NCBI GenBank assembly: GCA_905182865.1
Contig: CAJJCY010000003.1
Coordinates: forward strand, 586,054 to 650,053
Direction: 5' to 3'
Length of the DNA: 64,000 nt
Origin: an uncultured SAR324 cluster bacterium
Lineage (GTDB): Bacteria > SAR324 > NAC60-12
Numbering within the stretch: the stretch's first letter is position 1; each line of letters begins with the position of its first letter. Below are positions 43,605 to 53,025 of this stretch, piece after piece. Made by a program: the position numbers and the translations under genes. The notes beneath the pieces were generated by a model. The model was not told the DNA's origin. It worked only from the letters and a program-made list of their open reading frames with translations, and did not search any database.

Positions 43605-44912
43605 TCAATGACTAAATATCCTTTCTTTCATTTTTTGAATTTGGTGCAGGTTCAAGCCTATCAGTATCATGAGCATAGCCTGGACTTCACCGTCCCTGAA
43701 ATTGTTTTCAAAAAAACCGGCAACCATGAATCCGCTTACACCTGCAATTCCAGCCCAGAGCATTGAGTTTTCAAAGCTGTAGGGAGTGGTTCGGTAGAGT
43801 GTTAAGATGCTTTGCCAGAGAAATATAATCAAGATACTAAGGTGTCCCAAAAAACCAAAAATGCCGTAGTTAATCCAAGTTTGCAGATAGATGTTATGGA
43901 TCCCTGTACCGGCGCTGTTGTGGAATCGATGACCTGTACGCTCTGAAATCTTTTCCCTGTAAACGGGCATGATATCTGAGTCATTTCCATATCCTATTCC
44001 CAGCCAGAAATGATCCTGTATCGCAGATATTCCTGCTTCCCACATCAATATTCGATCCTGGTTAGATTGGGGCATAAAGCCACTGATGAAGCGCTGTTGC
44101 AGGGCTTCGATACGATTTGTTGGTGTGCGGTTTTGAAAAGAAGGTTCACTAAATTGTGAGTAAAAATAAGTGCCACCTGCGATAACCAGAATGATGAAGG
44201 CCAGCATAAGTTTAGGTGAAAGTCGAAAAAGTAGAATAGTGATTGCGACAGCCGTTCCCAGCCAAATGCTCCGACCAAGTGAGGCTCCTATACCAAGCAG
44301 TACCACAACTGCAATAATGGCCGTTACAAGTCGGGCAAATGGACTCCAGCCTTTACAAAAAATGAATGAACAAACCAAAGGAAAACAAAGTAGTAAAAAA
44401 CCGCCATACGTCAGGTGGTGCGAGAAATTTCCTTTACCGTGAAAAACGGGACTTTCTGTCGAAGTTCCTGACGAAAAAGGAGTAGTTAATTGTTGCCCTT
44501 CAGGACGCAGCCAGTCTGCACCGGTAAAATACTGAATGATACCGTAAATTGAGATTAACATTACAAATCCAAAGAAAACCGACAGTAACTGTTCTTCATC
44601 AATATCAGCCAATATTACCGCAAGCAATAAGGGCAGCAGCAAGCGCCAATTTGTTCGTAGAGCCATCAGGTGCTCTGTTTCGTATGCATTCAGCAATCCA
44701 GAAAGTACTGCGGCAGCAATGAAAAATAAAATTGACCATAACAGTGGATTCCTGAGTTGTGACATTTGGCGGTACCAGATCCAGCTTATCAGGGTTATTA
44801 AATACAGAGTTGTGATTGAGGCATCAGTAGCGGCAATGCTGAAAGTGCTACAAATGAATAAGAGATAGAGGAAGAATTTATTCCAGTTTTTAGTAGAAAA
44901 AAAACTGTTCAT
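43605..44912 (-). CDS. O-antigen ligase/polymerase-like (Wzy_C-type) membrane protein
   Basis: 435-aa polytopic ORF with a large loop containing …HNIYLQTWINYGIFG…, typical of O-antigen-ligase-domain proteins. Confidence 0.6.
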   Translation of the reverse strand: MNSFFSTKNWNKFFLYLLFICSTFSIAATDASITTLYLITLISWIWYRQMSQLRNPLLWSILFFIAAAVLSGLLNAYETEHLMALRTNWRLLLPLLLAVILADIDEEQLLSVFFGFVMLISIYGIIQYFTGADWLRPEGQQLTTPFSSGTSTESPVFHGKGNFSHHLTYGGFLLLCFPLVCSFIFCKGWSPFARLVTAIIAVVVLLGIGASLGRSIWLGTAVAITILLFRLSPKLMLAFIILVIAGGTYFYSQFSEPSFQNRTPTNRIEALQQRFISGFMPQSNQDRILMWEAGISAIQDHFWLGIGYGNDSDIMPVYREKISERTGHRFHNSAGTGIHNIYLQTWINYGIFGFLGHLSILIIFLWQSILTLYRTTPYSFENSMLWAGIAGVSGFMVAGFFENNFRDGEVQAMLMILIGLNLHQIQKMKERIFSH

Positions 44913-44974
44913 GGCTTTATAAAAATTAACAAATTAGGATACTGTCTTAACAATCTAACTTTCAAACTTGTTTG

Positions 44975-46015
44975 TCAATCTGGCATTGTAGCTAAATCCG
45001 GGACATACATTTCTTCATCCGGACGATCACGTTCCAGAAGTTTTTGCAAGGCCTGAGTACAGGATACTCCTTGATGCAATACTTGATAAACTGCATTACA
45101 GATTGGCATTTCAATTTTGTGGCGCTCTGCCAATTCTTGAATCGAAACCGCGTTACGTACCCCTTCTGCCACCGCACCGCCTGATGGGAAACAGTCTTCC
45201 AGCGAAAAACCTTGGCCCAGTTTTTCTCCAAGATTATGGTTCCTTGAAAGATTCCCGGTTGCAGTCAAAACCAAATCTCCAATTCCGGACATACCCATAA
45301 ATGTTTCTACAGAGCCTCCCATTGCAGTTCCGAGCCGGGACATTTCTGCAACGCCTCTGCAGATTAAGGCTGCCCTTGCATTCAGTCCCAGTTGCATTCC
45401 ATCTGCAATTCCGGAAGCAATCGCAATCACATTTTTAATGGAACCACCCAGTTGTACGCCAACAAGATCAGTACTGCGGTAAATACGGAAGCGATCTGAA
45501 TGAAAGCACTTTTGAAGCAGACTGCCTGCGGTTTCGTCTGCACAGGCCAGCACTGCGGCAGATGGCAAATCTAAAGCAACTTCACGTGCAAACGTCGGGC
45601 CGGAAAGAACTGCTAATTTTGGCAGGTTATCGAGTTCTTCCGCAAATATTTCACTCATCAATGCCAGGGAATGTTGTTCTATACCTTTACTGAGAATGAC
45701 GATGATATGTTCGTCAGTAATTTCTGGGCGCATTTTTTTAGCAATTTCGCGGGTGAAGTGTGAAGGTACAGAAGCAACGAGGATTCTGCAATTCCGCACA
45801 ACTTCGGCCAAATCGGTCGAGGCTCCAAGTGATTCCGGAAGTGGAATGTCCGCTAAAAAAGAGGAATTGAGGTGATTTGTGAGAATATCTTTTCTGGTTT
45901 CTGCTTCACGGCACCAGAGTTGAACGGAGTTGCCGTTGCGGGCAAGCAGTCGCGCCAGGGCTGTCCCCCATGCCCCAGCACCAATTACGCCAATTTTTAA
46001 ACCATCAGACCCCAT
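44975..46015 (-). CDS. gpsA: NAD(P)H-dependent glycerol-3-phosphate dehydrogenase
   Basis: I prefer ATG 46015 (MGSDGLKIGVIGAGAWGTALA…). Blocks include GPTFAREV and GSIKNVIAIA. It overlaps the argH 3' end by 11 nt. Confidence 0.9.
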   Translation of the reverse strand: MGSDGLKIGVIGAGAWGTALARLLARNGNSVQLWCREAETRKDILTNHLNSSFLADIPLPESLGASTDLAEVVRNCRILVASVPSHFTREIAKKMRPEITDEHIIVILSKGIEQHSLALMSEIFAEELDNLPKLAVLSGPTFAREVALDLPSAAVLACADETAGSLLQKCFHSDRFRIYRSTDLVGVQLGGSIKNVIAIASGIADGMQLGLNARAALICRGVAEMSRLGTAMGGSVETFMGMSGIGDLVLTATGNLSRNHNLGEKLGQGFSLEDCFPSGGAVAEGVRNAVSIQELAERHKIEMPICNAVYQVLHQGVSCTQALQKLLERDRPDEEMYVPDLATMPD

Positions 46016-47498
46016 AATTTTGGCAGTTCTCCTGTGCAGCAATTATATTGTTTTGGAGATCAACTAGCGGAGCAGATAGTGAATTAAGTTCTGCAGAAAG
46101 TTCTTCAATATGCAGGCTGGTTTGTTCCGGGGACGGACTACCCTGGTGCTGTCTGAGTTTCAGAATTTTTTGAGGATCATGTAATTCTGCCAAATCTTCT
46201 GCAATTTCTGTTGGATGATTGGATTCTGCCAATGCTTTCATCAATGCAGCAGTTGTGATTTTTGTTTCCGGCGAAGAAAGTTTTACTGCCCTCGCCAGTA
46301 GGTGGTAGCACTCTCGAAAAGACAGGTTTTGAGTCCGTGCTAAATGATCTGCAATATCCACAGAATTAATAAAGTCGGTTTCACACAGTTCCCGCATTTT
46401 TTTGGTATTGATTGTCAAACCTTCGAAGACACCCTGCAGAATGATTGGTGCAGCTTCACACTCCCGTACAAGGTCCATTAATAAATATTTAGTGGCCTGC
46501 GTGTCACGGTTATAGCCGCTCAATCCACCTTTTTGAATTCCAAGCAAGCTTGATAAAAATCCGTGGGCTAGAGTTGCTTTTGATTTAATGACTTCGGCGA
46601 AATCCGGGTTCTTCTTTTGCGGCATGATCGAAGAACCGGTCACATAGTCATCATCAATCTGAAGCAATCCTGAATATGGATGACTTAAAAACATGAGATC
46701 CTGAGACATAATACTGAGGTGATTCATCAGCATTGATCCTGCATGGGCCAGTTGGGCTTCATTTTCCCAACGTGAAACTATGCAGTCCAGAGTGTTGGTA
46801 TCAATCTTTTCAAAAGCCAGCAGTTCAGTTGTGAGTTGTCTGTCAATGGGCCATGATGTACCAAAAGCTGCTGCTGCTCCCAAAGGATTCCGATTAACTA
46901 GTGAGATAGCAAATGCCAACCGTTCCAGGTCACGGCAAAGTCCCTGAACATATGCACACAGCCAGTGACCCCATGTTGTGACCATCGCAGGTTGGTAATG
47001 AGTAAATCCTGGCATTACACTTTCTGTATATTTTTCTGCCTGTACCAACAATGAGGCTGCTAAATTTTTCACAGAATCAAACAAGCTTAAGCCCACATCG
47101 CGTAAATACAGCCGCATGTCACATGCCGACTGATCATTGCGGCTGCGACCGATGTGCATCCGCCCGCCTGCTTCAGTCCCTTGATTTTCTGTTACAAAGG
47201 CTTCAACGTTGATGTGAACATCTTCTTTGGCTGGATCAAGTGAAAAATTACCTGCCGCAACCAGTGTTTCCAGTTTGTAAAGTCCTTCCAAAATACTGCT
47301 TAAGCTTGCTGATGGTATTAGTCCCTGCTTGTGAAGCATTATGCAATGTGCGCGGTTGGTCCAGATATCGTAGGGCAGCAGCAACTCATCTGCCATTGGT
47401 AATGGCTGCACATCCCGTCCTGCGCAGAAAAGGATGTTTTGCTCGTTGGGTGGTTTTTTAAGGTTACTTCCCCAAACTTGTGCTCGTTTTTTATCCAT
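46005..47498 (-). CDS. argH: Argininosuccinate lyase
   Basis: 497-aa ORF with the fumarate-lyase signature GSSIMPQKKNPD, plus TNRAHCIMLHKQGLI and MPGFTHYQPA. Confidence 0.9.
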   Translation of the reverse strand: MDKKRAQVWGSNLKKPPNEQNILFCAGRDVQPLPMADELLLPYDIWTNRAHCIMLHKQGLIPSASLSSILEGLYKLETLVAAGNFSLDPAKEDVHINVEAFVTENQGTEAGGRMHIGRSRNDQSACDMRLYLRDVGLSLFDSVKNLAASLLVQAEKYTESVMPGFTHYQPAMVTTWGHWLCAYVQGLCRDLERLAFAISLVNRNPLGAAAAFGTSWPIDRQLTTELLAFEKIDTNTLDCIVSRWENEAQLAHAGSMLMNHLSIMSQDLMFLSHPYSGLLQIDDDYVTGSSIMPQKKNPDFAEVIKSKATLAHGFLSSLLGIQKGGLSGYNRDTQATKYLLMDLVRECEAAPIILQGVFEGLTINTKKMRELCETDFINSVDIADHLARTQNLSFRECYHLLARAVKLSSPETKITTAALMKALAESNHPTEIAEDLAELHDPQKILKLRQHQGSPSPEQTSLHIEELSAELNSLSAPLVDLQNNIIAAQENCQNYGV

Positions 47499-47597
47499 CT
47501 TTCCTCATGATTAAAACTTTGTTTGTCTATCTTAAGCCGAATCAGAAAAAATGCAAGCAGATCACGCTTGCTATAACAATCAAATACATTCTAAAAG

Positions 47598-47613
47598 TGG
47601 CCCTGAGATTGCA
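47598..47613 (+). promoter_or_regulatory. Sigma-54 (-24/-12) promoter candidate upstream of flgB
   Basis: TGGCcctgagaTTGCa has GG-N10-GC spacing and matches TGGC-N7-TTGCA exactly. It lies 52 nt upstream of ATG 47665. Confidence 0.7.
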
Positions 47614-47664
47614 TCTTCTTCACAAACATTATTAGTTGAATACTATCCAAAAATAAGTAGTTTC

Positions 47665-48081
47665 ATGTCAGGTATGTTTGAAAATAATCTGTTTACATTG
47701 ATTCAGAAGACACTGGACTTTCGTACACAGCGACAGGATTTGCTGACTTCGAACATTGCCAACAAGGACACTCCCGGCTACAAAGCCGAGGATATGGTAT
47801 TTGAGAAAAGTCTTGAAAAGGCACTGCATGCCGAAGAACCAGGTTTGCTCAAAACCACAAATTCCAGGCATTTTGATGGACGTAACACGTCGCCGCTAAA
47901 ACTAGTTCAGGCACAGCGAATTCACAGCGCTTCTCCTTTTCCTGATTTTGACGGAAACACGGTAGATTTGGATCGTGAAATGGCTAAAATGGCTGAAAAC
48001 CAATTGATGTACAATGCCAGTATACGGATGCTGACTCACCAGTTCCGGATGCTCAAAACCGCAATTACACAAGGTCGATAA
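47665..48081 (+). CDS. flgB: Flagellar basal-body rod protein FlgB
   Basis: I prefer ATG 47665 (MSGMFENNLF…), because the track's longer ORF would contain the promoter. Motif: LLTSNIANKDTPGYKA. Confidence 0.85.
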   Translation: MSGMFENNLFTLIQKTLDFRTQRQDLLTSNIANKDTPGYKAEDMVFEKSLEKALHAEEPGLLKTTNSRHFDGRNTSPLKLVQAQRIHSASPFPDFDGNTVDLDREMAKMAENQLMYNASIRMLTHQFRMLKTAITQGR

Positions 48082-48530
48082 TGAGTTTTCAATCCTCTCT
48101 TAACGTGAGTGTTTCCGGAATGGCAGCGCAGCGTCAGCGAGTCAATACTATTTCCGAAAACATTGCTAACGCCAATACTACACGGACTCCGCAAGGTGGG
48201 CCGTATCGTCGTCGTATAGTTACGCTTGCAGCAGTTTCAAATGACAGGACATTTGAACAAGAACTGCGTTCACAGCAACGTTCTCTGGACACTGCTACCG
48301 AGGTAAAGGTGGTGGGGATTTCACAAGACAACAGAGCACCAATTTTACGTTATGAACCGGGACATCCGGATGCAAATGAAGAAGGATATGTGGCCATGCC
48401 TAACGTAAATATAATGGAAGAAATGGTGAGCCTGATGCAGGCTTCGCGTTCCTATGAAGCAAATACCGCTGCTTTTAAGGCCACAAAAAATATGGCACAA
48501 TCAGCCCTTGATTTGGGCCGAAACATTTAG
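48081..48530 (+). CDS. flgC: Flagellar basal-body rod protein FlgC
   Basis: 149-aa ORF with ISENIANANTTRTPQGGPYRR and VNIMEEMVSLMQASRSYEAN. TAATG overlap with flgB. Confidence 0.9.
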   Translation: MSFQSSLNVSVSGMAAQRQRVNTISENIANANTTRTPQGGPYRRRIVTLAAVSNDRTFEQELRSQQRSLDTATEVKVVGISQDNRAPILRYEPGHPDANEEGYVAMPNVNIMEEMVSLMQASRSYEANTAAFKATKNMAQSALDLGRNI

Positions 48531-48598
48531 AGTAGATCGTCGTAGTAATAATAAATAATTACTCAATTTAATTTATTAGATGTTAGATTAGAGGCTTT

Positions 48599-48898
48599 AT
48601 GAATATCAATTTACCATCAGTTGGACCAGCTTTACAGGGGCTGAAGACTGAAGCAGAAAGTCAAAAGCAGTCTGTTGAAAGCGGTTTCAGCCGGACGTTT
48701 GAGAAACTGCTGCAGGATGTTAATCAGCAGCAATTGAACGCGGAAGCAAAACAAGTTGAGTTTCTGGTCACAGACAACAAAGATATTCATGGGACCATGC
48801 TTGCCCTGGAAAAAGCGGACCTTTCTATGCGCCTCATGCTGCAAATTCGTAACAAACTGGTAAGTGCATATGAAGAAGTGATGCGAATGCAAGTCTGA
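48599..48898 (+). CDS. fliE: Flagellar hook-basal body complex protein FliE
   Basis: 99-aa ORF whose C-terminus, …ADLSMRLMLQIRNKLVSAYEEVMRMQV, is typical of FliE. Confidence 0.85.
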   Translation: MNINLPSVGPALQGLKTEAESQKQSVESGFSRTFEKLLQDVNQQQLNAEAKQVEFLVTDNKDIHGTMLALEKADLSMRLMLQIRNKLVSAYEEVMRMQV

Positions 48899-49319
48899 TC
48901 ACTTTACTCCTGTTTTGAATTAAGGCGACACAAAACTTAATACAAAAAAGACAATCCCTCTCTTCCTATAATTTCTATTTTTATTTCCCCCGTTTTTAAT
49001 CTTAAAGAAGCACTTTAGCTCCGGAATTCAAGGGTGTTATTCAAATCTGATCTTAAAGTAGATTCGTCAGTTGACTTAGGTATTAAGTCCGAGATATTTA
49101 AAGATTAACTTTTTTTAGCCAAGTTAAAATATTTACCTGAATCTGCTCTGAGCCTGCTATTATAGTATATTGTAAATAAAAAAAATCTGTTGATTGAAAT
49201 ACAATTATGCTACAATTCAACGGTTAGCAGCTATTAATAATTATTTATGAAAAGGGTTTTTGATGAACTATCTATCTATCAAATTCTCAGAAAAACTGAA
49301 ATTAATTTTCTAAAATAAA

Positions 49320-51138
49320 ATGAATAAAATAATGGAGTGGACAAGGACGCATTATTGTGGTGATTTGAGGACAGAGAATGTTGACCAGGAGGTCGTATTA
49401 ATGGGCTGGTGTCAAACCCGGCGCGATCATGGAGGAGTGATTTTTGTGGATTTACGGGATTACACTGGTATCAGCCAAATTGTCTTCAAAATGGAAATCA
49501 GTGAAACCTCACATGTTTTAGCAGATTCAATTCGTGGTGAGTTTGTTTTGGCAGTAAAAGGAAAGGTTGCACACCGTATAGAAGGCAACGTAAATCCAAA
49601 ATTGCCAACCGGCGAAATTGAAATTATGGTGGAGACTTTGGAAATTCTCAACAAATCTGAAACACCACCCTATGTTTTGGAGAATCGTGAAAATGTGGAT
49701 GAAAAATTAAGGCTCACTTACAGATTTCTTGATTTGCGTGATTCCACTTTGCAGAATAATTTAATGCTGCGTTCGAAGTCCTTGCAAATTGTCCGGAATT
49801 ACTTCATAAGTCAGCGCTTTTTTGAGATTGAAACTCCGATACTGACAAAATCTACTCCTGAAGGCGCACGTGATTATCTGGTGCCTTCAAGAGTCAATCC
49901 CGGACTTTTTTTCGCATTGCCCCAATCACCGCAACTTTTCAAGCAGTTACTGATGATCAGCGGTTATGACCGCTACATGCAGCTTGCCCGTTGTTTTCGT
50001 GACGAAGATTTGCGTGGAAACCGTCAACCGGAATTCACTCAAATTGATTTGGAATTGAGTTTTACTGAACCGGAAGAGATATATAAGCTGACAGAAGGTT
50101 TGATGGTTAAGCTGTTTGAAGAAACCATAAGTGTAAAAGTCGAAACGCCTTTCCAGCGCATGACGTATCAGGAGTCGATGGAAAACTATGGTTCCGATGC
50201 TCCTGATATCCGTTTTGATTTAAAGCTCAAAGATATTTCTGACATTGCCTCTGAATGTGAATTACGTGTTTTCAAACAGGTGGTGGACAAGGGCGGGATA
50301 GTAAAAGCTATTTGTGTACCTGGCGGAGCAGATTTTTCGCGTAAAGATCTCGATGACCTGACAGAATTCGCTCAAATTTATGGGGCAAAAGGTATGGCTT
50401 GGATCAAACGTAACCAGGACGGTTGGCAGTCGCCTATCGGTAAGTTTTTCACTTCCGAACAAAAAGATGCACTGGAAGAGAGAGTCGGTTTAAATGTAGG
50501 AGATCTAGTGTTGTTCTGTGCTGACAATACAAAAGTTGTTCATGATGCACTCGGTAATTTGCGAAAAGAAATTGCGCTACGTCGAGGTTTGATAAACAAC
50601 AGCGAATATCGTTTTGTCTGGGTTACAGATTTTCCTCTCTTTGAGTATAGTGAAACTGAAAAAAGTTTTTCCTCCAGCCACCATCCTTTCACCATGCCGG
50701 ATATAGATGATTTGGAAAAATACGGAGAGCAGTATCCTGAAAAAATCCGCTCAAGGGCCTATGATGTAGTATTGAACGGAGTTGAAATTGGTGGTGGATC
50801 AATTCGTATTCACAACCCAGAGATCCAACAAAAAGCATTCAAGGCTCTTGGCCTGAGTGAAGAGGAAGTTGAACAATAAATTTGGTTTTCTGATGAAAGC
50901 ACTTTCTTATGGTGCTCCGCCCCATGGTGGTATTGCTCTGGGCTTTGATCGTATAATGATGTTTTTGCTAAAAACAGATTCGATACGTGACGTGATTGCA
51001 TTTCCTAAAACTCAAAAAGCCGGCTGCTTAATGACTGATGCACCCTCTGAAGTTGAAACAGAGCAACTTGATGAACTCCATATCAGGGTCAAGGCTTTGG
51101 CTCAGCAGACTGAGAAGTTAGAACTTGCTGAAAAATAA
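49320..51138 (+). CDS. aspS: Aspartate--tRNA ligase (bacterial type), reading frame interrupted by one extra base at 50877
   Basis: ORF 49320-50879 ends …[13 protein letters not shown] 50857-51138, in the next frame, continues …[30 protein letters not shown]… (class II motif 3). Deleting T50877 restores …EEVEQKFGFL…. Confidence 0.85.
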
Positions 51139-51295
51139 TATTTTTCAATTCCAATTCATTGTCATTCTGTGAGAAGCGGAGTGAAGACCAGTAATCCAAA
51201 TTAGATACTTTAAATACTTTGATCAATTTGATCATTGATTTGGATCCAGAATCTAAACAGGGGTGACAAAAACACTTTTTGAGTGAACCATAGTT

Positions 51296-52360
51296 ATGTC
51301 AAAAAAACTAACAATCGGCCTAATTTGTGGAGGTACCAGTGGTGAACATGAAGTATCATTAATTTCTGCCTATAACATTCAAGCTGCTCTTGACCGCGAC
51401 AAATATGATGTACTCTTAATTGGAATCGATAAAAGTGGTGCCTGGTTTTTGGGAAAAACTCCGGAATTTTTGGACAATGTCGATGATGTTCGTCAAGTTA
51501 AGTTCAGAAAAAATTTACCGATCCTCCTTCCTCAAACCGGAAATTACGCAGGCGAAAACCTGACATCAACTGAACAGTCCGGAAACGAGCTAGCTAATGT
51601 TGATGTGTTTTTTCCAATCACTCACGGTAAACTTGGTGAAGACGGTGCATTGCAGGGCTTTCTGGAATTGCTTGGTAAGCCATATGTTGGTGCGGATGTT
51701 TATGGTTCAGCAATTTGCATGGACAAGGATGTGTCAAAACGTTTGCTGTTGCAGCGTGGAATCCCTGTTGCGCGCTACAAACTTATTCGGAATCCGGATG
51801 AGCTGTCATTTGAAGACGCAGTAAGCGAATTGGGAAACACATTATTTGTTAAACCCTGCCGTGAAGGCTCATCGCTAGGTGTTTCAAAGGTCAGAAGCGC
51901 GGAGGAATATCAGGTAGCACTACAGAAAGCATTTTCCGCAGACCGTAAGGTTTTGGTTGAAGAAGCAATTTCTGGACGTGAGTTAGAGTGTTCCGTGCTT
52001 GGCAATGATTCACCTGAAGCAGCACATGTTTTAGGTGAAATTGTGCCTTTGCGTGAGTTCTATTCTTATGAAGCGAAGTATGTGGACGATGATGGGGCGG
52101 AACTAAAAATTCCCGCGGAAATTGATTCGCAAGTTTCACTCAAAATCCGCAAAGCTGCGGTGGAAGCTTTTCTGATTACTGAATGCCGTAGCATGGCCAG
52201 AGTTGATTTCTTCCTGCGTGATGACAATACTTTCATTCTTAACGAAATCAATACCCTGCCCGGATTCAATAATATTAGCATGTACCCGAAACTATGGGAT
52301 GCATCCGGATTAGCTTACCCTGAACTGTTGGACAGGCTTATTGAACTAGCATTGGAATAA
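51296..52360 (+). CDS. ddl: D-alanine--D-alanine ligase
   Basis: 354-aa ORF with GGTSGEHEVSL, HGKLGEDGALQG, LFVKPCREGSSLGV and NEINTLPGF. Confidence 0.9.
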   Translation: MSKKLTIGLICGGTSGEHEVSLISAYNIQAALDRDKYDVLLIGIDKSGAWFLGKTPEFLDNVDDVRQVKFRKNLPILLPQTGNYAGENLTSTEQSGNELANVDVFFPITHGKLGEDGALQGFLELLGKPYVGADVYGSAICMDKDVSKRLLLQRGIPVARYKLIRNPDELSFEDAVSELGNTLFVKPCREGSSLGVSKVRSAEEYQVALQKAFSADRKVLVEEAISGRELECSVLGNDSPEAAHVLGEIVPLREFYSYEAKYVDDDGAELKIPAEIDSQVSLKIRKAAVEAFLITECRSMARVDFFLRDDNTFILNEINTLPGFNNISMYPKLWDASGLAYPELLDRLIELALE

Positions 52361-52414
52361 ACAGTAAAAAGCAGTTCAGAATGCGGTTTTTTTGCTTCAT
52401 CCCATAAAAGTCTG

Positions 52415-52891
52415 ATGCGCCTTCACAAAAATCCACCTCTTAATATTGTTCTCTACGAACCTCAAATTCCGCCCAACACAGGCAATATTGCGCGGCTGTG
52501 CGCAGCCACAAAATGTCATTTGATTTTGCTGGGAAAACTTGGTTTTGATTTAAGCGACAAACAGCTTAAACGTGCCGGACTGGATTATTGGCAATGGGTG
52601 AGTTGGGAGCATTATCCTGATGCAGAAGCTTTTTTTACGACTCTTTCTCCGGAAAATTTTCATTTCCTTTCTGTGCATAACGAAAGACCCTACACACAAA
52701 TTAATCCGCAGGAGGGTGACTATTTGTTTTTTGGTAAAGAAACATCAGGACTGCCGAACGAATGGATGGAACGTTTTTCGGAGCGTTGTTTTACTTTGCC
52801 GATGATGGAAAAAGGTGTCCGCAGTTTAAATCTAGGTTCTTCTGTGGCAGTTGTGGTTTATGATGGATTACGACAATTGGGTAAATTTTAA
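52415..52891 (+). CDS. trmL: tRNA (cytidine/uridine-2'-O-)-methyltransferase TrmL (SpoU/YibK family)
   Basis: 158-aa ORF with VLYEPQIPPNTGNIARLCAAT, FFGKETSGLP and SLNLGSSVAVVVYD. Confidence 0.85.
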   Translation: MRLHKNPPLNIVLYEPQIPPNTGNIARLCAATKCHLILLGKLGFDLSDKQLKRAGLDYWQWVSWEHYPDAEAFFTTLSPENFHFLSVHNERPYTQINPQEGDYLFFGKETSGLPNEWMERFSERCFTLPMMEKGVRSLNLGSSVAVVVYDGLRQLGKF

Positions 52892-53025
52892 ACCATGAGA
52901 GTTGCTGTGTTTTTTTAATAATGTAGAGCAAGAAAAATTTAAATAATTGAACAAATTTCACTCATACAGTTATAATCCTGTTAAAATAAACCATAAAAAG
53001 ATTAACCTTAAATTTGGCAGACAAA

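Noticed and set aside
50861-50880. Programmed +1 frameshift at the aspS stop (RF2-like geometry: an AGAGGAAG SD-like sequence a few nt upstream, and a shift at a stop codon).
   Set aside because: P-site tRNA-Gln on CAA would have to re-pair with AAT, which is poor. The SD-like string is simply Glu codons (EEE). A sequencing or mutational insertion is far more economical. It is kept only as a remote alternative.
52892-53025. Possible cobalamin riboswitch upstream of cbiX (also considered upstream of the RND gene at 60072-60197).
   Set aside because: I could not find a B12-box-like element or the conserved GC-rich core. Both regions are AT-rich and short. A covariance-model scan would be needed to exclude it formally.
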